A stretch of DNA of 59,208 nucleotides from Armatimonadota bacterium (GCA_020028455.1 JAHZOA010000001.1:1-59208), one strand, 5' to 3'; shown: positions 18,574-28,325, counted from the stretch's first letter. Numbers and translations: made by a program. The notes: generated by a model from the sequence alone, not told the origin.

Positions 18574-19902
18574 CTAGCTCCCTCGCCCGTCCGCCGCCAG
18601 CAGCTCGGCACCGCCCGCTACCACGTCCAGCGCATGTCCAACGGCTTCACAGGTCCGATCGATCTCCTCTTCCGAGTGACTCAGCGAGACGTACCATCGT
18701 CCGCCGGGGATGACGCGCACCCCATGCTCGAGCAGAGCTGCGGAGAAACGGGAGTACGGCGCTCGGTCGACCCGCGCGGATGACTCGTAGTCCGTTATGA
18801 CCGAAGCGTCCGTGAGCCACGCGTAAAACACCGGTCCGGGTCCCTGTACGAGGAGGGGGATCTTTCTCGCAACCGCGGTGCGCCGGATTCCTTCCATCAA
18901 CCGCTGACCTAGCGCCGTCAGCCGTGCAAACGCAGCGCCATTGTTCCTTCCGAGCTCCTCGAGCGTGGCGAGCGCGGCGGCGACGCCCAGCGGATTCCCG
19001 TTGAAGGTCCCGGCGTGGACGACTCGGCCGGAAGTGATGAGATCCATGATCTTGCGGGAGCCGCCGACACAGCTCAGCGGGAATCCGTTCGCGAGAGCTT
19101 TGCCGAAGACTGCCAGGTCCGGAGTGACGTTAAGTAGCGCCTGGGCGCCTCCCATGTGGACGCGGAAGCCGGTGATCACCTCGTCGAAAATGAGGACCAC
19201 GCCGTGCTGGGTGCAGAGCTTGCGCACTTGCGCAAGGTAGCCCGGCGCAGGCATGATCACACCGCTGTTGCACATGATGGGCTCCATTAGGATCGCCGCC
19301 ACGTCGCGCCCTCGCGTGACCAGAAGGCGTTCCAGTCCCGGTGCGTCGTTCCAGCGCGTCACCAGCACGTGGTCCGTCGCGGTCGGGATCTGGCCTTCGC
19401 TTTCGGCCTGCGGGAGGACGTCTGTCTGAGCCGTAGGATGGCTGGACACCAGTTGTTCGTCGAGCCAGCCGTGGTAATGACCGGCGAACCGTACAAGGTT
19501 CTTCCGGCGGGTGTAGGCCCTCGCAAGGCGGACGGCAGCCGCCACCGCCTCCGAGCCCGTGCTGCAATAGCGGACCATCTCGATACAGGGAACGGCTGCG
19601 GCAAGACGTTCGGCGAGCAGCACCTCTCCTTCGTGTTGGCCGCCGTAGATGAAGCCCTTGGCCGCTGCACGCTGTACCGCCTGCACCACCGAAGGATAGG
19701 CGTGCCCGAGAATGACGGGGCCATACCCGCAGGTGTAGTCAACATATTCGTTCCCGTCAGCGTCGGTGAGCCGGCTGCCCTCCGCTCGGGTGAAGAACAG
19801 CGGGTAAGGGGACTCGTCCATCTTCACATTACTGCTCACCCCACCCGGCATCACCCGCTGGGCGCGTTCCCACAAGGGGCGTCCGCGCAGATCAGACGTC
19901 AT
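18574..19902 (-). CDS. Class III (GSA-aminomutase-like) PLP-dependent aminotransferase
   Basis: Start trimmed to ATG at 19902 (MTSDLRGRPLWERAQRVMPGGVSSNV). The longer ORF overlaps the upstream gene. Class III fold pattern throughout. Confidence 0.85.
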   Translation of the reverse strand: MTSDLRGRPLWERAQRVMPGGVSSNVKMDESPYPLFFTRAEGSRLTDADGNEYVDYTCGYGPVILGHAYPSVVQAVQRAAAKGFIYGGQHEGEVLLAERLAAAVPCIEMVRYCSTGSEAVAAAVRLARAYTRRKNLVRFAGHYHGWLDEQLVSSHPTAQTDVLPQAESEGQIPTATDHVLVTRWNDAPGLERLLVTRGRDVAAILMEPIMCNSGVIMPAPGYLAQVRKLCTQHGVVLIFDEVITGFRVHMGGAQALLNVTPDLAVFGKALANGFPLSCVGGSRKIMDLITSGRVVHAGTFNGNPLGVAAALATLEELGRNNGAAFARLTALGQRLMEGIRRTAVARKIPLLVQGPGPVFYAWLTDASVITDYESSARVDRAPYSRFSAALLEHGVRVIPGGRWYVSLSHSEEEIDRTCEAVGHALDVVAGGAELLAADGRGS

Positions 19903-20668
19903 GAACGTTCTCCAGGAAATCTTCCGCGAACGCCACCGCGCGCTCGAGAGTGGTGCCGACGATGCGCTCACCATCCTCAAGGGTAGCCAGACGCGCATCG
20001 CCAAGCGCGCCGTTTTCTGTCAGCTCTTCAAAGCGGTACGAGGCCTCGGCTCGCGCAGGACCGCGGATCTCGCTGTGTCTGAACGGCAGCGCCTTCAGGC
20101 GTCCCTGCGCGAGTCCGTTCTTCCGCACGAGATGAGGCGACAGCGCCAGGGCAATTGATGTTTCGACCTCGCACGCGTGACCATACGATGGAGAGCGGGC
20201 GATCCGGGCCGCCTCGTCGCCGGCGAGCCCGAACCATGACAGGGCGGCGATACGGAAGCCTTCGAACCGCAGCCGGCCGAACGTGGTGGCAAGGGGGGCG
20301 GTGTTGCCTCCGTGGCCATTCACCACGATCAGGCAGCGCACGTCGTGATGCGCGAGGCTGCTCACCAAGTCGCTCACGATAGCGTCGAGTGTTTCCGCGC
20401 GGAGGGTGAGGCTTCCCGTGAACGCCATGTGATGATAGGACACCCCGTAAGGGATCGCAGGCAGAAGGACGACCCGGGGAGCAAGGCGCTGCGCCAGGCG
20501 GCGGGCAAGGGCATCGGCGATCGCTGTGTCGACGCTCATCCCGAGGTTTGGACCATGCTGTTCGAGGGAGCCGATCGCGACGACTCCGCCGCGGACCTGC
20601 AACCAGATTTTCTTCGCCTCTACAGTCGTAAGATCAGCGAGCGCCAGCACCGACTCGTTCATGATCAC
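19892..20668 (-). CDS. Creatininase-family amidohydrolase
   Basis: 258 aa with GSLEQHGPNLGMSVDT and VVNGHGGN motifs. Confidence 0.85.
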   Translation of the reverse strand: MIMNESVLALADLTTVEAKKIWLQVRGGVVAIGSLEQHGPNLGMSVDTAIADALARRLAQRLAPRVVLLPAIPYGVSYHHMAFTGSLTLRAETLDAIVSDLVSSLAHHDVRCLIVVNGHGGNTAPLATTFGRLRFEGFRIAALSWFGLAGDEAARIARSPSYGHACEVETSIALALSPHLVRKNGLAQGRLKALPFRHSEIRGPARAEASYRFEELTENGALGDARLATLEDGERIVGTTLERAVAFAEDFLENVHDV

Positions 20669-22122
20669 TCCCCGATGTCGACGACGAGCGATTTGATCTG
20701 CGTCATTTCAAGCAGCGTGTACCTGCCGCCGAGTCGACCGGTGCCGCTTGTCTTGCCCGAGTAGCCCCCAAATGGTGTGTGCGGCTGCCAGTATGCGCTT
20801 GATTCGTTGATGTTCACGATGCCCGCCTGGAGATGCTCTGCGATTCGGAACGCTTTACGCAGGTCATGGGTGAACAGGGCAGCCACGAGTCCCGACGGAG
20901 CGCTGTTGGCGATGGCGACCGCTTGATCTTCTTCGTCGAAGGACAGCACAGGGGCCACCGGCGCGAAGGTTTCCTCAAGGTTGAACAACATGTCCGGCCC
21001 GACGTTGTCGACGACCGTCGCAGGATAGTAGAGGTCGGTCGGCATGCCTTCTTCATGTCGGCCACCGGTCAGAATGCGGGCGCCCTTCTGCAGCGCGTCT
21101 TCGACATGGTGGTCCAACTGTCGCGCGGGTCGCTCGTTATTAAGTGGGCCGAGCGTTGTGTCCCGCTTTCGCGGATCTCCGAGGCGGAAGGTCCCCGCAA
21201 CGTCGAGGAGAACTGCGACGAAATTGTCGTGGATGCTGCGATCGACCAGAATGCGCTCGGTCGAATCGCAAATCTGACCGGCATTGCGGAACGCTCCTCG
21301 ACCAACGCGCAGGGCGGCCTCTGTCACGTCCGCATCTCCCAGCACGATCGTCGGCGAGTTGCCGCCGAGCTCCAGCAACTGCGGTTTTCCAGCGGCGCGC
21401 CGGCTGACGTGGAGTCCGGTCGCCGAGCTGCCGGTGAACCCGATGGCATCGATGCCGGGGTGACCGGCGACCTCGTCCCCGACCTCGGCCCCCTCACCCG
21501 TCACCAGGTTGAGTACGCCGTTAGGCACTTCGGCTTCGAGCAGACACTCCATCATGCGGATCGCGCACCCCGCCGTCGTCGGCGCCGGAACCCACACGAT
21601 GGCGTTACCTCCGGCGAGCCCGGCTGACAAGTACTCGGCCGGGATGGCTAGTGGAAAGTTCCAGGGAGTGATGACCCCGTAGACGCCCCGAGGCTGGCGG
21701 ATCGTGAAGATGCGTTTCGCCCGGTCGTTGCTGGGGATCACCGCGGACTCCAACCTCGTGATGTCTTCCGCGGCGAGACGGAACATGACCGCGGTGGTGT
21801 CCACTTCACCGAGGGCCTCGGCGTGGTAGGGCTTGCCCTGTTCGAGTGTGAGGTACTCAGCGAGATCTTCCCGGCGTCGCTCGATTAGGTCGGCAATGCG
21901 GTGGCAGAGCCGGCCTCGCTCAAAGGCGGTCAGCCGAGCGAATGCGGGTTGGGCGGCATGAGCGGCGTTCACCGCGTTGCCGACATCCTCCCTCGATCCA
22001 CGAGTCACCGTGGCCACTTGCTCTCCTGTCACCGGACTGATCACGTTCATGGTCCGTCCAGAGGCCGAGGGTACCCACCGGCCGTTGATGCACAGTCCTT
22101 TCGTCGCCGTCTGCGCGTCCAT
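20665..22122 (-). CDS. NAD(P)-dependent aldehyde dehydrogenase
   Basis: 485 aa with ITPWNFPL, ELGGNSP and GQICDSTERI (catalytic Cys) motifs. Confidence 0.9.
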   Translation of the reverse strand: MDAQTATKGLCINGRWVPSASGRTMNVISPVTGEQVATVTRGSREDVGNAVNAAHAAQPAFARLTAFERGRLCHRIADLIERRREDLAEYLTLEQGKPYHAEALGEVDTTAVMFRLAAEDITRLESAVIPSNDRAKRIFTIRQPRGVYGVITPWNFPLAIPAEYLSAGLAGGNAIVWVPAPTTAGCAIRMMECLLEAEVPNGVLNLVTGEGAEVGDEVAGHPGIDAIGFTGSSATGLHVSRRAAGKPQLLELGGNSPTIVLGDADVTEAALRVGRGAFRNAGQICDSTERILVDRSIHDNFVAVLLDVAGTFRLGDPRKRDTTLGPLNNERPARQLDHHVEDALQKGARILTGGRHEEGMPTDLYYPATVVDNVGPDMLFNLEETFAPVAPVLSFDEEDQAVAIANSAPSGLVAALFTHDLRKAFRIAEHLQAGIVNINESSAYWQPHTPFGGYSGKTSGTGRLGGRYTLLEMTQIKSLVVDIGE

Positions 22123-22992
22123 CTAACGGGCCAGCACTCCGGCAAACCCGCGCGTGATATAGGAGCGGAAGACCAGCGCGAATAGCACGGGTGGAATGAT
22201 GGATAGCACGAGCGCCGCGAACGAGAGCGCAAAGCTCACGTCGTGGTTGATTGCGGTGGCGACGAGGACGACGGGCACCGTCTTCGACGCCATCGTCCGG
22301 GTCAAGAACAGCCCGAAGAGGAATTCGCTGTAGGATCCCATGAAGGCGAACGCCGCGGCCGCGGCGAGGCCCGGCGCAGCCATGGGAACGACGATGCGGG
22401 TGAGGGTCCCTAATCGCGAGGAGCCGTCGATCATAGCAGCCTCTTCGATTTCCGGAGGGAAGAAGCCGAAGTATTTCATCAAGAACCACATCGTAAACGG
22501 CAGCGTAAAGGCGACATATACCAGGATCAGCGCCGAGCGCGTGTCAAGGAGGCCGAGCCGGTCGATGAGGACAAAAATTGGAATAGCGACGGAGATCGCG
22601 GGGATGAGGCGGCTCGTGAGAATGAACGCGTAGGTAATGTCTCGGCCCCGGAAGCGCAGCCGTGCATAAGTGTAGGCGGCCAGGGTGCTGAAGATGACGT
22701 TGATCAGCATCACTGCGATGGAGACGATGAAGCTGTTCCGCAGCGCCGGGATCAAGCTCAAGGCCTCGCCGCTTGCCCGCCGGCCGATCTGGTCGCCGGT
22801 GTACGTCGCCGGGGGGACCCGTGTGATGATGTAACGGTAGTTGTCGAACGTCGGTTGCTTCGGAATGAAGTGCGGGGGGACGGTAAAGAGTTCCCGATCA
22901 AGCTGTAAACTAGAACTGACGAGCCAAAGGATCGGTCCCAGCAGGAATGCCAGCAGGATGAGACCGGCCCCGGAGGCTGCCACGCGGTTCAT
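22123..22992 (-). CDS. Carbohydrate-type (CUT1) ABC transporter permease
   Basis: Start trimmed to ATG 22992 (MNRVAASGAGLILL), an ATGA overlap with the upstream permease. EAAxxDG loop present as EEAAMIDGSSRLG. Confidence 0.85.
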   Translation of the reverse strand: MNRVAASGAGLILLAFLLGPILWLVSSSLQLDRELFTVPPHFIPKQPTFDNYRYIITRVPPATYTGDQIGRRASGEALSLIPALRNSFIVSIAVMLINVIFSTLAAYTYARLRFRGRDITYAFILTSRLIPAISVAIPIFVLIDRLGLLDTRSALILVYVAFTLPFTMWFLMKYFGFFPPEIEEAAMIDGSSRLGTLTRIVVPMAAPGLAAAAAFAFMGSYSEFLFGLFLTRTMASKTVPVVLVATAINHDVSFALSFAALVLSIIPPVLFALVFRSYITRGFAGVLAR

Positions 22993-23930
22993 GAGTATAA
23001 CTCCTCCGTGCGCAGCAACCGCACATAGATGAGAGCAAGACCGAGGGTGAGGGCCCCGATGACGAAGGCAATGGCCGCGCCCTTGCCCAGGTTGAGGAAC
23101 CGGAAGATCTCCGCGTACGCAAACCAGGCCAGCATGGTGGTGGCGTCGGCAGGACCGCCCCCGGTGAGCACATAGATGAGGTCGAACGTGACGAAGCCCG
23201 CGATCGTCTCGAGGATGAGCAGAAGGAGAATGGTAGGTCGGAGGAAGGGGAGCGTGACGAATCGGAACACCGCCCAGCCTCCACCACCATCGATGTACGC
23301 TGCTTCGTAAAGATCCCGGGGGATGACCTGCAGCGTCGCGAGGCACATGATCGCCGCGAGCGGTCCCCACTTCCAGATGTGCGTGAGAACCAATGACAAC
23401 TGCGCGAGAAGCGGGTTGCCGAGCCAGGAGATGTATTCTGGGAGCACGCCAATGCTCACAAGGAGCGCGTTGAGCGCTCCATAGTTGCCGTTGAAGATCC
23501 AGCGCCAGATGATCGCCGCCATGACGGTGGGAATGGCCCACGGGATAAGGATGGCGATGCGTGAGGCACCGGCAAGACGACCGGGGCGGTTCAGGAACAG
23601 GCTGACGGCAATCCCGTAGGCGAGGGTGCCGGCAATGATCATCGCTGTGAATCGGAGCGTTGTGAGCAGGGCGCGGACGAAGTAGTAGCTGCCGAACGTC
23701 TCTGCGAAATTGCGCAGGCCAACGAAGGGATGCGCCAACGGCTCGGTCAGGATGTTGCGATGCACGCTCAGGTCGAGCGCGAAGAGTAAGGGATAGACGG
23801 AGATCAGTGCGACAACGAGCAGCGTCGGGAGGATCGAAAGATAGGGATAAAGTGCTACGGCGCGTCTGGGCCGGGCGCGCGCCCGGCCCAGACGGAGATC
23901 CGCTGCCCCACGTTCCTGGATGCCAGCCAA
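22989..23930 (-). CDS. Carbohydrate-type (CUT1) ABC transporter permease
   Basis: 313 aa, multi-TM, with YEAAYIDGGGGW permease loop. Confidence 0.85.
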   Translation of the reverse strand: MAGIQERGAADLRLGRARARPRRAVALYPYLSILPTLLVVALISVYPLLFALDLSVHRNILTEPLAHPFVGLRNFAETFGSYYFVRALLTTLRFTAMIIAGTLAYGIAVSLFLNRPGRLAGASRIAILIPWAIPTVMAAIIWRWIFNGNYGALNALLVSIGVLPEYISWLGNPLLAQLSLVLTHIWKWGPLAAIMCLATLQVIPRDLYEAAYIDGGGGWAVFRFVTLPFLRPTILLLLILETIAGFVTFDLIYVLTGGGPADATTMLAWFAYAEIFRFLNLGKGAAIAFVIGALTLGLALIYVRLLRTEELYS

Positions 23931-23934
23931 CGGC

Positions 23935-25248
23935 CTATTTCCGCTTCAGTTCATTCCACTTGGCGGCCATGTTCTTGGCTGTCTGATCTGGAGACTGCTG
24001 GCCGAGGTATGCCTTCTGTAGTTCCGCCCGCGTGAACACGTCCCACTGCGCAAACCACGGCGTGAGACCCTGCTTCACCTTGGAATAGCGCTGCCCGATC
24101 CGCTGGAGCAGCGGGACATCCACCCACTTCCCGAAGCTGAGCAGGATGTCGGTGTCCCTGAAGAGCGGCATCTGTGCAAAGCCCAGCCCGAAGTCGAGCG
24201 CCCAGCGGCGTACGACCGGATAGCTGTTGTCTGGCCCGGGTCCGCCGAAGTAGTTCAGGAAGTTCCACGCCGCGTCCAGGGCGTCTTTCCCGCGCTTGGG
24301 CACCTGGCTCGACATGGCATAGAAGCGTACGAACCCGACCGTCTGATGGGTGGAGCCCGGCATCAGCGCAATCTTGAAGTTCCCCGCCTCCTTCGACTGC
24401 TGCGGGTTGTTAAACGACCAGAGTGCTGATGCCCGGCTAATGCTGTAGACTTGATTGCCCGCCCGCATCGCGTTCCCGGCCTGTACCCCATCCCACTGCA
24501 AGGTCTCGGGATCCAACACGCCGGCGCGAAGGGCGTCGCGAACCCACTCGATCGCCTTGATGGTCGCGCTCCCCGGACGGTCGAACACAGGGTTCATGTC
24601 CTTGTCAAACAGATCGCCGCCCCTGGAGTAAACCATGGAGATAAACACCTCGATGGAGAACGGCTCCTGCTGGGAGAAGCCGAATCCGATCGGGTACTTC
24701 ACGAGACCCTTTTCTTTGATCACCTTCGCCTGCTGGAGCAGCTCTTCCCAAGTCGACGGAGGGAGGCTGAACCCCGCCTTCTTCACGATCGCCTCATTGT
24801 AGAAGAAGGCCATCGGGTCCGCGTAGTAGGGCAGGCCGTAGATCTTGCCCTTGTAACTCATCCCCTCTACGGCGTACTGCGAAAAGGATTTAGCCATCTC
24901 CTTGACCTGCGGGAAATAGTCGTCAAGGGGGGCGATCCACCCTGCCGCCGCCCACTGCTGCAGCCAGTGATCCGAGCTGTAGAGCACGTCAGGCGCATTC
25001 GAGCCGCCGACGAAGTTGGCTACGATCGTGTCGGGAAACTGCCCCCAGTTGTAATCAGTGAGACGGACGTTGATGTTGGGATAGCGCTGCTGGAAGCGCT
25101 TGATATTTTCCTGAATCGTATCGACCGCAAATGTCCAGACCATGAAGTTAAGCGATACCTGGGGCGCGGCGTGAGCCGCCGGAAGCACGGGGAACAGGCT
25201 CACCATCAGGACGAGGACGGCGAGCCAGATCAGCAATCTTCCTTTCAT
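23935..25248 (-). CDS. ABC transporter extracellular solute-binding protein (family 1)
   Basis: Start trimmed to ATG 25248 (MKGRLLIWLAVLVLMVSLFPVLPAAHA signal), with GAGGAGG 8 nt upstream. Confidence 0.85.
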   Translation of the reverse strand: MKGRLLIWLAVLVLMVSLFPVLPAAHAAPQVSLNFMVWTFAVDTIQENIKRFQQRYPNINVRLTDYNWGQFPDTIVANFVGGSNAPDVLYSSDHWLQQWAAAGWIAPLDDYFPQVKEMAKSFSQYAVEGMSYKGKIYGLPYYADPMAFFYNEAIVKKAGFSLPPSTWEELLQQAKVIKEKGLVKYPIGFGFSQQEPFSIEVFISMVYSRGGDLFDKDMNPVFDRPGSATIKAIEWVRDALRAGVLDPETLQWDGVQAGNAMRAGNQVYSISRASALWSFNNPQQSKEAGNFKIALMPGSTHQTVGFVRFYAMSSQVPKRGKDALDAAWNFLNYFGGPGPDNSYPVVRRWALDFGLGFAQMPLFRDTDILLSFGKWVDVPLLQRIGQRYSKVKQGLTPWFAQWDVFTRAELQKAYLGQQSPDQTAKNMAAKWNELKRK

Positions 25249-25306
25249 TGGTTTTGCCTCCTCAATTGACTGAACCACGGTCCTGCACTCACTCAGCGCG
25301 CGGTTC

Positions 25307-26116
25307 TCACCCCCCTCGCTGCGCACGCCGCTCGGATGCCGGCCCCAGCGCGCGTGAAATCGCCGCACACGCGTCCACCGCCGCTCGGGCCACGCGTTGC
25401 CTGATCGATCGCATTCGGCTCGCAGGTCCAGACACGCTGATGGCTCCGATCACATTGCCGTCAAAACCAAAGATGGGAGCACCGATGCATGTCACTTCGG
25501 GCTCGGTCTCGCCGTTGTCCTCCGCGTAGCCTCGCACGCGCGTACGCGCGAGCTCACGCTTCCACGCCGCCCGGGAGGTGATGGTGCGAGGTGTGAGCGC
25601 CGGCAGCCCACGCCTGCGGATGGTAGCGTCGATCACAGATTCAGGAAGAAACGCTGCGATGGCTTTACCGAGGGCAGTCGAGTGCACCGGGGAAATGGTG
25701 CCGGCCGCTGCCGCCATCCTGAACGAATGCGCGCTCTCCAGCATCTCAAGGTAGACGATCTTCCCCTCCCGCAGCACGCCTAAGTTCACTGTCTCTCCAT
25801 AGGCGTCCAAGAGCCGGCGCATGTGGGGGACGGAGATTTCAGTGAGAGGGGGATGTTTCCCCGCGAGGTCCCGGTAGCTCAGCCAGTGCGCGCCGAGACG
25901 ATAAAGGTTGTCCGGGGTTCGATCTACATATCCTCTGCGCTCCAAGGTGCAGAGGAGCCGGAACACGGAGCTTTTCGCAATAGGCAGCCGTTGAGCGACG
26001 TCCTGGAGCCGGACTGGGCGACCCGAGTCCCGCAGTGTTTCCAGCACATCGAGCGCGCGATCCACCACATGGACCGCATATCGGTCAAGGTTGCGTGGAA
26101 GGCGCCCGCCTCGCAT
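25307..26116 (-). CDS. IclR family transcriptional regulator
   Basis: 269 aa with N-terminal wHTH (VVDRALDVLETL...LQDVAQRLPIAKSSVFRLLCTLERRGYV) and a C-terminal IclR effector domain. Confidence 0.9.
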   Translation of the reverse strand: MRGGRLPRNLDRYAVHVVDRALDVLETLRDSGRPVRLQDVAQRLPIAKSSVFRLLCTLERRGYVDRTPDNLYRLGAHWLSYRDLAGKHPPLTEISVPHMRRLLDAYGETVNLGVLREGKIVYLEMLESAHSFRMAAAAGTISPVHSTALGKAIAAFLPESVIDATIRRRGLPALTPRTITSRAAWKRELARTRVRGYAEDNGETEPEVTCIGAPIFGFDGNVIGAISVSGPASRMRSIRQRVARAAVDACAAISRALGPASERRAQRGG

Positions 26117-26193
26117 GTTTCAGTGAATGAAACTGACGTTTTGGGATTTCTTAAACAGAACGTACTCGGGGCGGTGCGCGTTGTCAAGCCCAG

Positions 26194-26254
26194 CAGATGT
26201 TGGGCAAGCGAGCGTTACCGCTCGCGCGGCCGCGGAATAAAGGTTTCGACAAAT
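26194..26254. repeat. About 61-nt structured repeat, copy 2 (overlaps a gene 3' end)
   Basis: CAGATGTTGGGCAAGCGAGCGTTACCGCTCGCGCGGCCGCGGAATAAAGGTTTCGACAAAT. Contains a GCGAGCG-TTAC-CGCTCGC hairpin. Confidence 0.85.
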
Positions 26255-27648
26255 CCGTCGGCAGTGAAACTGATGCTCCGCCCGGCGACCTCGCCTTCGA
26301 CACGGTAGCGTGCCCGCAGCTGAAGGAAGACGTGGCCTTTGCCCGGAGTGTTGATGATGTCTTTGACTCCAATACGGACGTGCAGGTAATCACCGGCATC
26401 GTTCACCGCGCGGTAGGTTAACCGTCCCGGTACCCGCAACCGCACACCTTCCACTAGCGGACCCGGGCGCCATTCTTCCAGCGTCGGCGCGCTTGCCCTC
26501 AGCAACCCTAACAGACCCGGCCGCGAATCATGTGTCCCATACAGGCTGACTAGCATCTGCTGCCGTCCCAAGGAAGGATGCCGTATCATACCAGCAAGCA
26601 GCGCGTAATCGGCGGTGCTGACAGCGCCCCACTCCCACGTCACCGCCTCCCAGAGGCCCCAGTTGTGGTCGTGGTAGCCTGTTCCGTTGACCGGAAATTG
26701 CAGCCGCCCCACTCTGAGCGCCCCGGAGACCTCAGCGCGCAGTACGGGTACCACGTACCCTGAGACGAACGTTCCCGCCCTCCATTCCACCGGCGGAACG
26801 TACAGCTGAGCGACAGGCCGCATCTCCAGGTCCAGAGAGAAATCCGGCCGGACCAGGTGAAGCCGGTAGGTCCCGCGTGTCAAAGTGACACGATGCGGCC
26901 CGGCTTGTAGTACGCTGCCGTCGAACGGCAGGGCAGTCGCCGCGTGTGCTTCCGTCCAGCGTACGATCCTTTCATCTGGAAGGACCACGGTGACGCCCGC
27001 CAGCACCCTTCGACTACGATCTGCAACCATCGAGACATAGCCGTACAAACCATCCGGCGTCGAGAAGTTGAAGTACCACCACTCCGCCCACGAGCGACCC
27101 TGCGTGCTGTTTACCGGCCGGTGAAACCGGTCGATCTCCGTCAGGAGCATCAGCGGATCAGGTTTCAGCCATTTCCGGTCGTGCGGTGATTCTTTCCAGG
27201 CGGAAGCGGAGATGGCCAGGGCGCTGCGGGATTGCCGCGCGAGGTCTGGCAGATCGGCGCTGGCCTTCGCGGGGTGAATCCCCCTGGGAGTCCGCAGATA
27301 GACGAGATTATCCGCGATTTCCGGGGAGACTCCATCGATGACCCCTGCATACCGCGGTCCCAGCAGTACCTGGCGGACCAGAAACCGCGCATTGGGAATC
27401 GCCAGGAACATCGCAGTCACGCCTCCGACTTTCAACACGTCCGGATCGATGCCCTCGGGGAGCAGGACCACGTCGCCTCCGGAAATGACATCCTTGTCCT
27501 GCGCCTGCCAGTGCAGCGCATCGCCGACGGCCAGCAGTGCCAGCATGACCGCTACACCGACTCCGTAGCCGATCAGCAGCACCAGAGTCCGGCGTGGACG
27601 GGTGCCAAGCGACCGGCGAGCGATCAGCGCAGCGGTCGCGGCTTTCAT
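26215..27648 (-). CDS. Membrane-anchored AttH/CrtC-like (lipocalin-like hydrolase fold) protein
   Basis: 477 aa. MacB/FtsX-like first TM (ARRSLGTRPRRTLVLLIGYGVGVAVMLA), then SWAEWWYFNF and GTGYHDHNWG motifs that I associate with AttH/CrtC-family domains. The family call is from memory. Confidence 0.6.
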   Translation of the reverse strand: MKAATAALIARRSLGTRPRRTLVLLIGYGVGVAVMLALLAVGDALHWQAQDKDVISGGDVVLLPEGIDPDVLKVGGVTAMFLAIPNARFLVRQVLLGPRYAGVIDGVSPEIADNLVYLRTPRGIHPAKASADLPDLARQSRSALAISASAWKESPHDRKWLKPDPLMLLTEIDRFHRPVNSTQGRSWAEWWYFNFSTPDGLYGYVSMVADRSRRVLAGVTVVLPDERIVRWTEAHAATALPFDGSVLQAGPHRVTLTRGTYRLHLVRPDFSLDLEMRPVAQLYVPPVEWRAGTFVSGYVVPVLRAEVSGALRVGRLQFPVNGTGYHDHNWGLWEAVTWEWGAVSTADYALLAGMIRHPSLGRQQMLVSLYGTHDSRPGLLGLLRASAPTLEEWRPGPLVEGVRLRVPGRLTYRAVNDAGDYLHVRIGVKDIINTPGKGHVFLQLRARYRVEGEVAGRSISFTADGFVETFIPRPRER

Positions 27649-28325
27649 GACAGCAGTCCGTCCCGCATCGTCAGCCGTGTTGAGGCCAGGGCCGCAAGCT
27701 CCGGGTTGTGGGTGACGAGCACGATTGCGACTCCTTCCCCGTTAATCCGTTGCAGAAGCCTGCCGATCTGCTGTCCCGTCTGCTGGTCCACTTCGCCGGT
27801 CGGCTCGTCAGCCAGCAGGAGGTGAGGGCGGTTGGCCAGCGCCCTTGCGATGGCGGCACGTTGCATCTCGCCTCCGCTGAGCTGGCCCGGGAGGTGCCGC
27901 CGCCGATGCGCTAGTCCGACATACGACAGCAGATCCTCGAGGCGCTCGCCTCGTCGTTGCGCCTGCAGGCCGGCTTCCAGCATCGGCAGCAGTACATTTT
28001 CTTCTACGGTCAGCATCGGCAGCAGGAAAAACCGCTGAAAGATGAAGCCCACGCGGAGCAGCCTCAGATTGGACAAAGTTCGATCGGTCAAGCGGTGTGT
28101 CACATTCCCGAACAGCCGCACCTCCCCGGTCGTGGGTAAATCGACCCCTCCCATGAGATGCAGCAGCGTAGACTTACCGCTGCCAGACGGCCCGGCGATT
28201 GATATGAACTCTTCCTGGCGAACCTCCATGGTCACGCCACGCAGGGCTGAGATTGCCGTGCCGTCGAGATGATAGGTCCTAGTGGCCTCTGTGATCTGGA
28301 CGATCGGCTCGTTCATCAGGATCAT
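27645..28325 (-). CDS. ABC transporter ATP-binding protein (MacB/LolD/FtsE-like)
   Basis: Start trimmed to ATG 28325 (ATGA overlap). Walker A GPSGSGKST, signature LSGGEMQR, Walker B LLLADEPTG. Confidence 0.9.
   Translation of the reverse strand: MILMNEPIVQITEATRTYHLDGTAISALRGVTMEVRQEEFISIAGPSGSGKSTLLHLMGGVDLPTTGEVRLFGNVTHRLTDRTLSNLRLLRVGFIFQRFFLLPMLTVEENVLLPMLEAGLQAQRRGERLEDLLSYVGLAHRRRHLPGQLSGGEMQRAAIARALANRPHLLLADEPTGEVDQQTGQQIGRLLQRINGEGVAIVLVTHNPELAALASTRLTMRDGLLS

Noticed and set aside
22123-23541. N-terminally extended ORFs in the track, which would imply large overlaps or unusual fusion proteins. They are 22123-23541, 23935-25368, 18574-20004, 28322-29674, 34648-35829, 35757-36662, 49612-50619, 54567-55754 and 55068-56750.
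   Set aside because: In each case an internal start codon coincides with the upstream gene's stop (ATGA/GTGA coupling) or a good RBS, together with the beginning of the recognisable domain or signal peptide. The extensions are compositionally junk.
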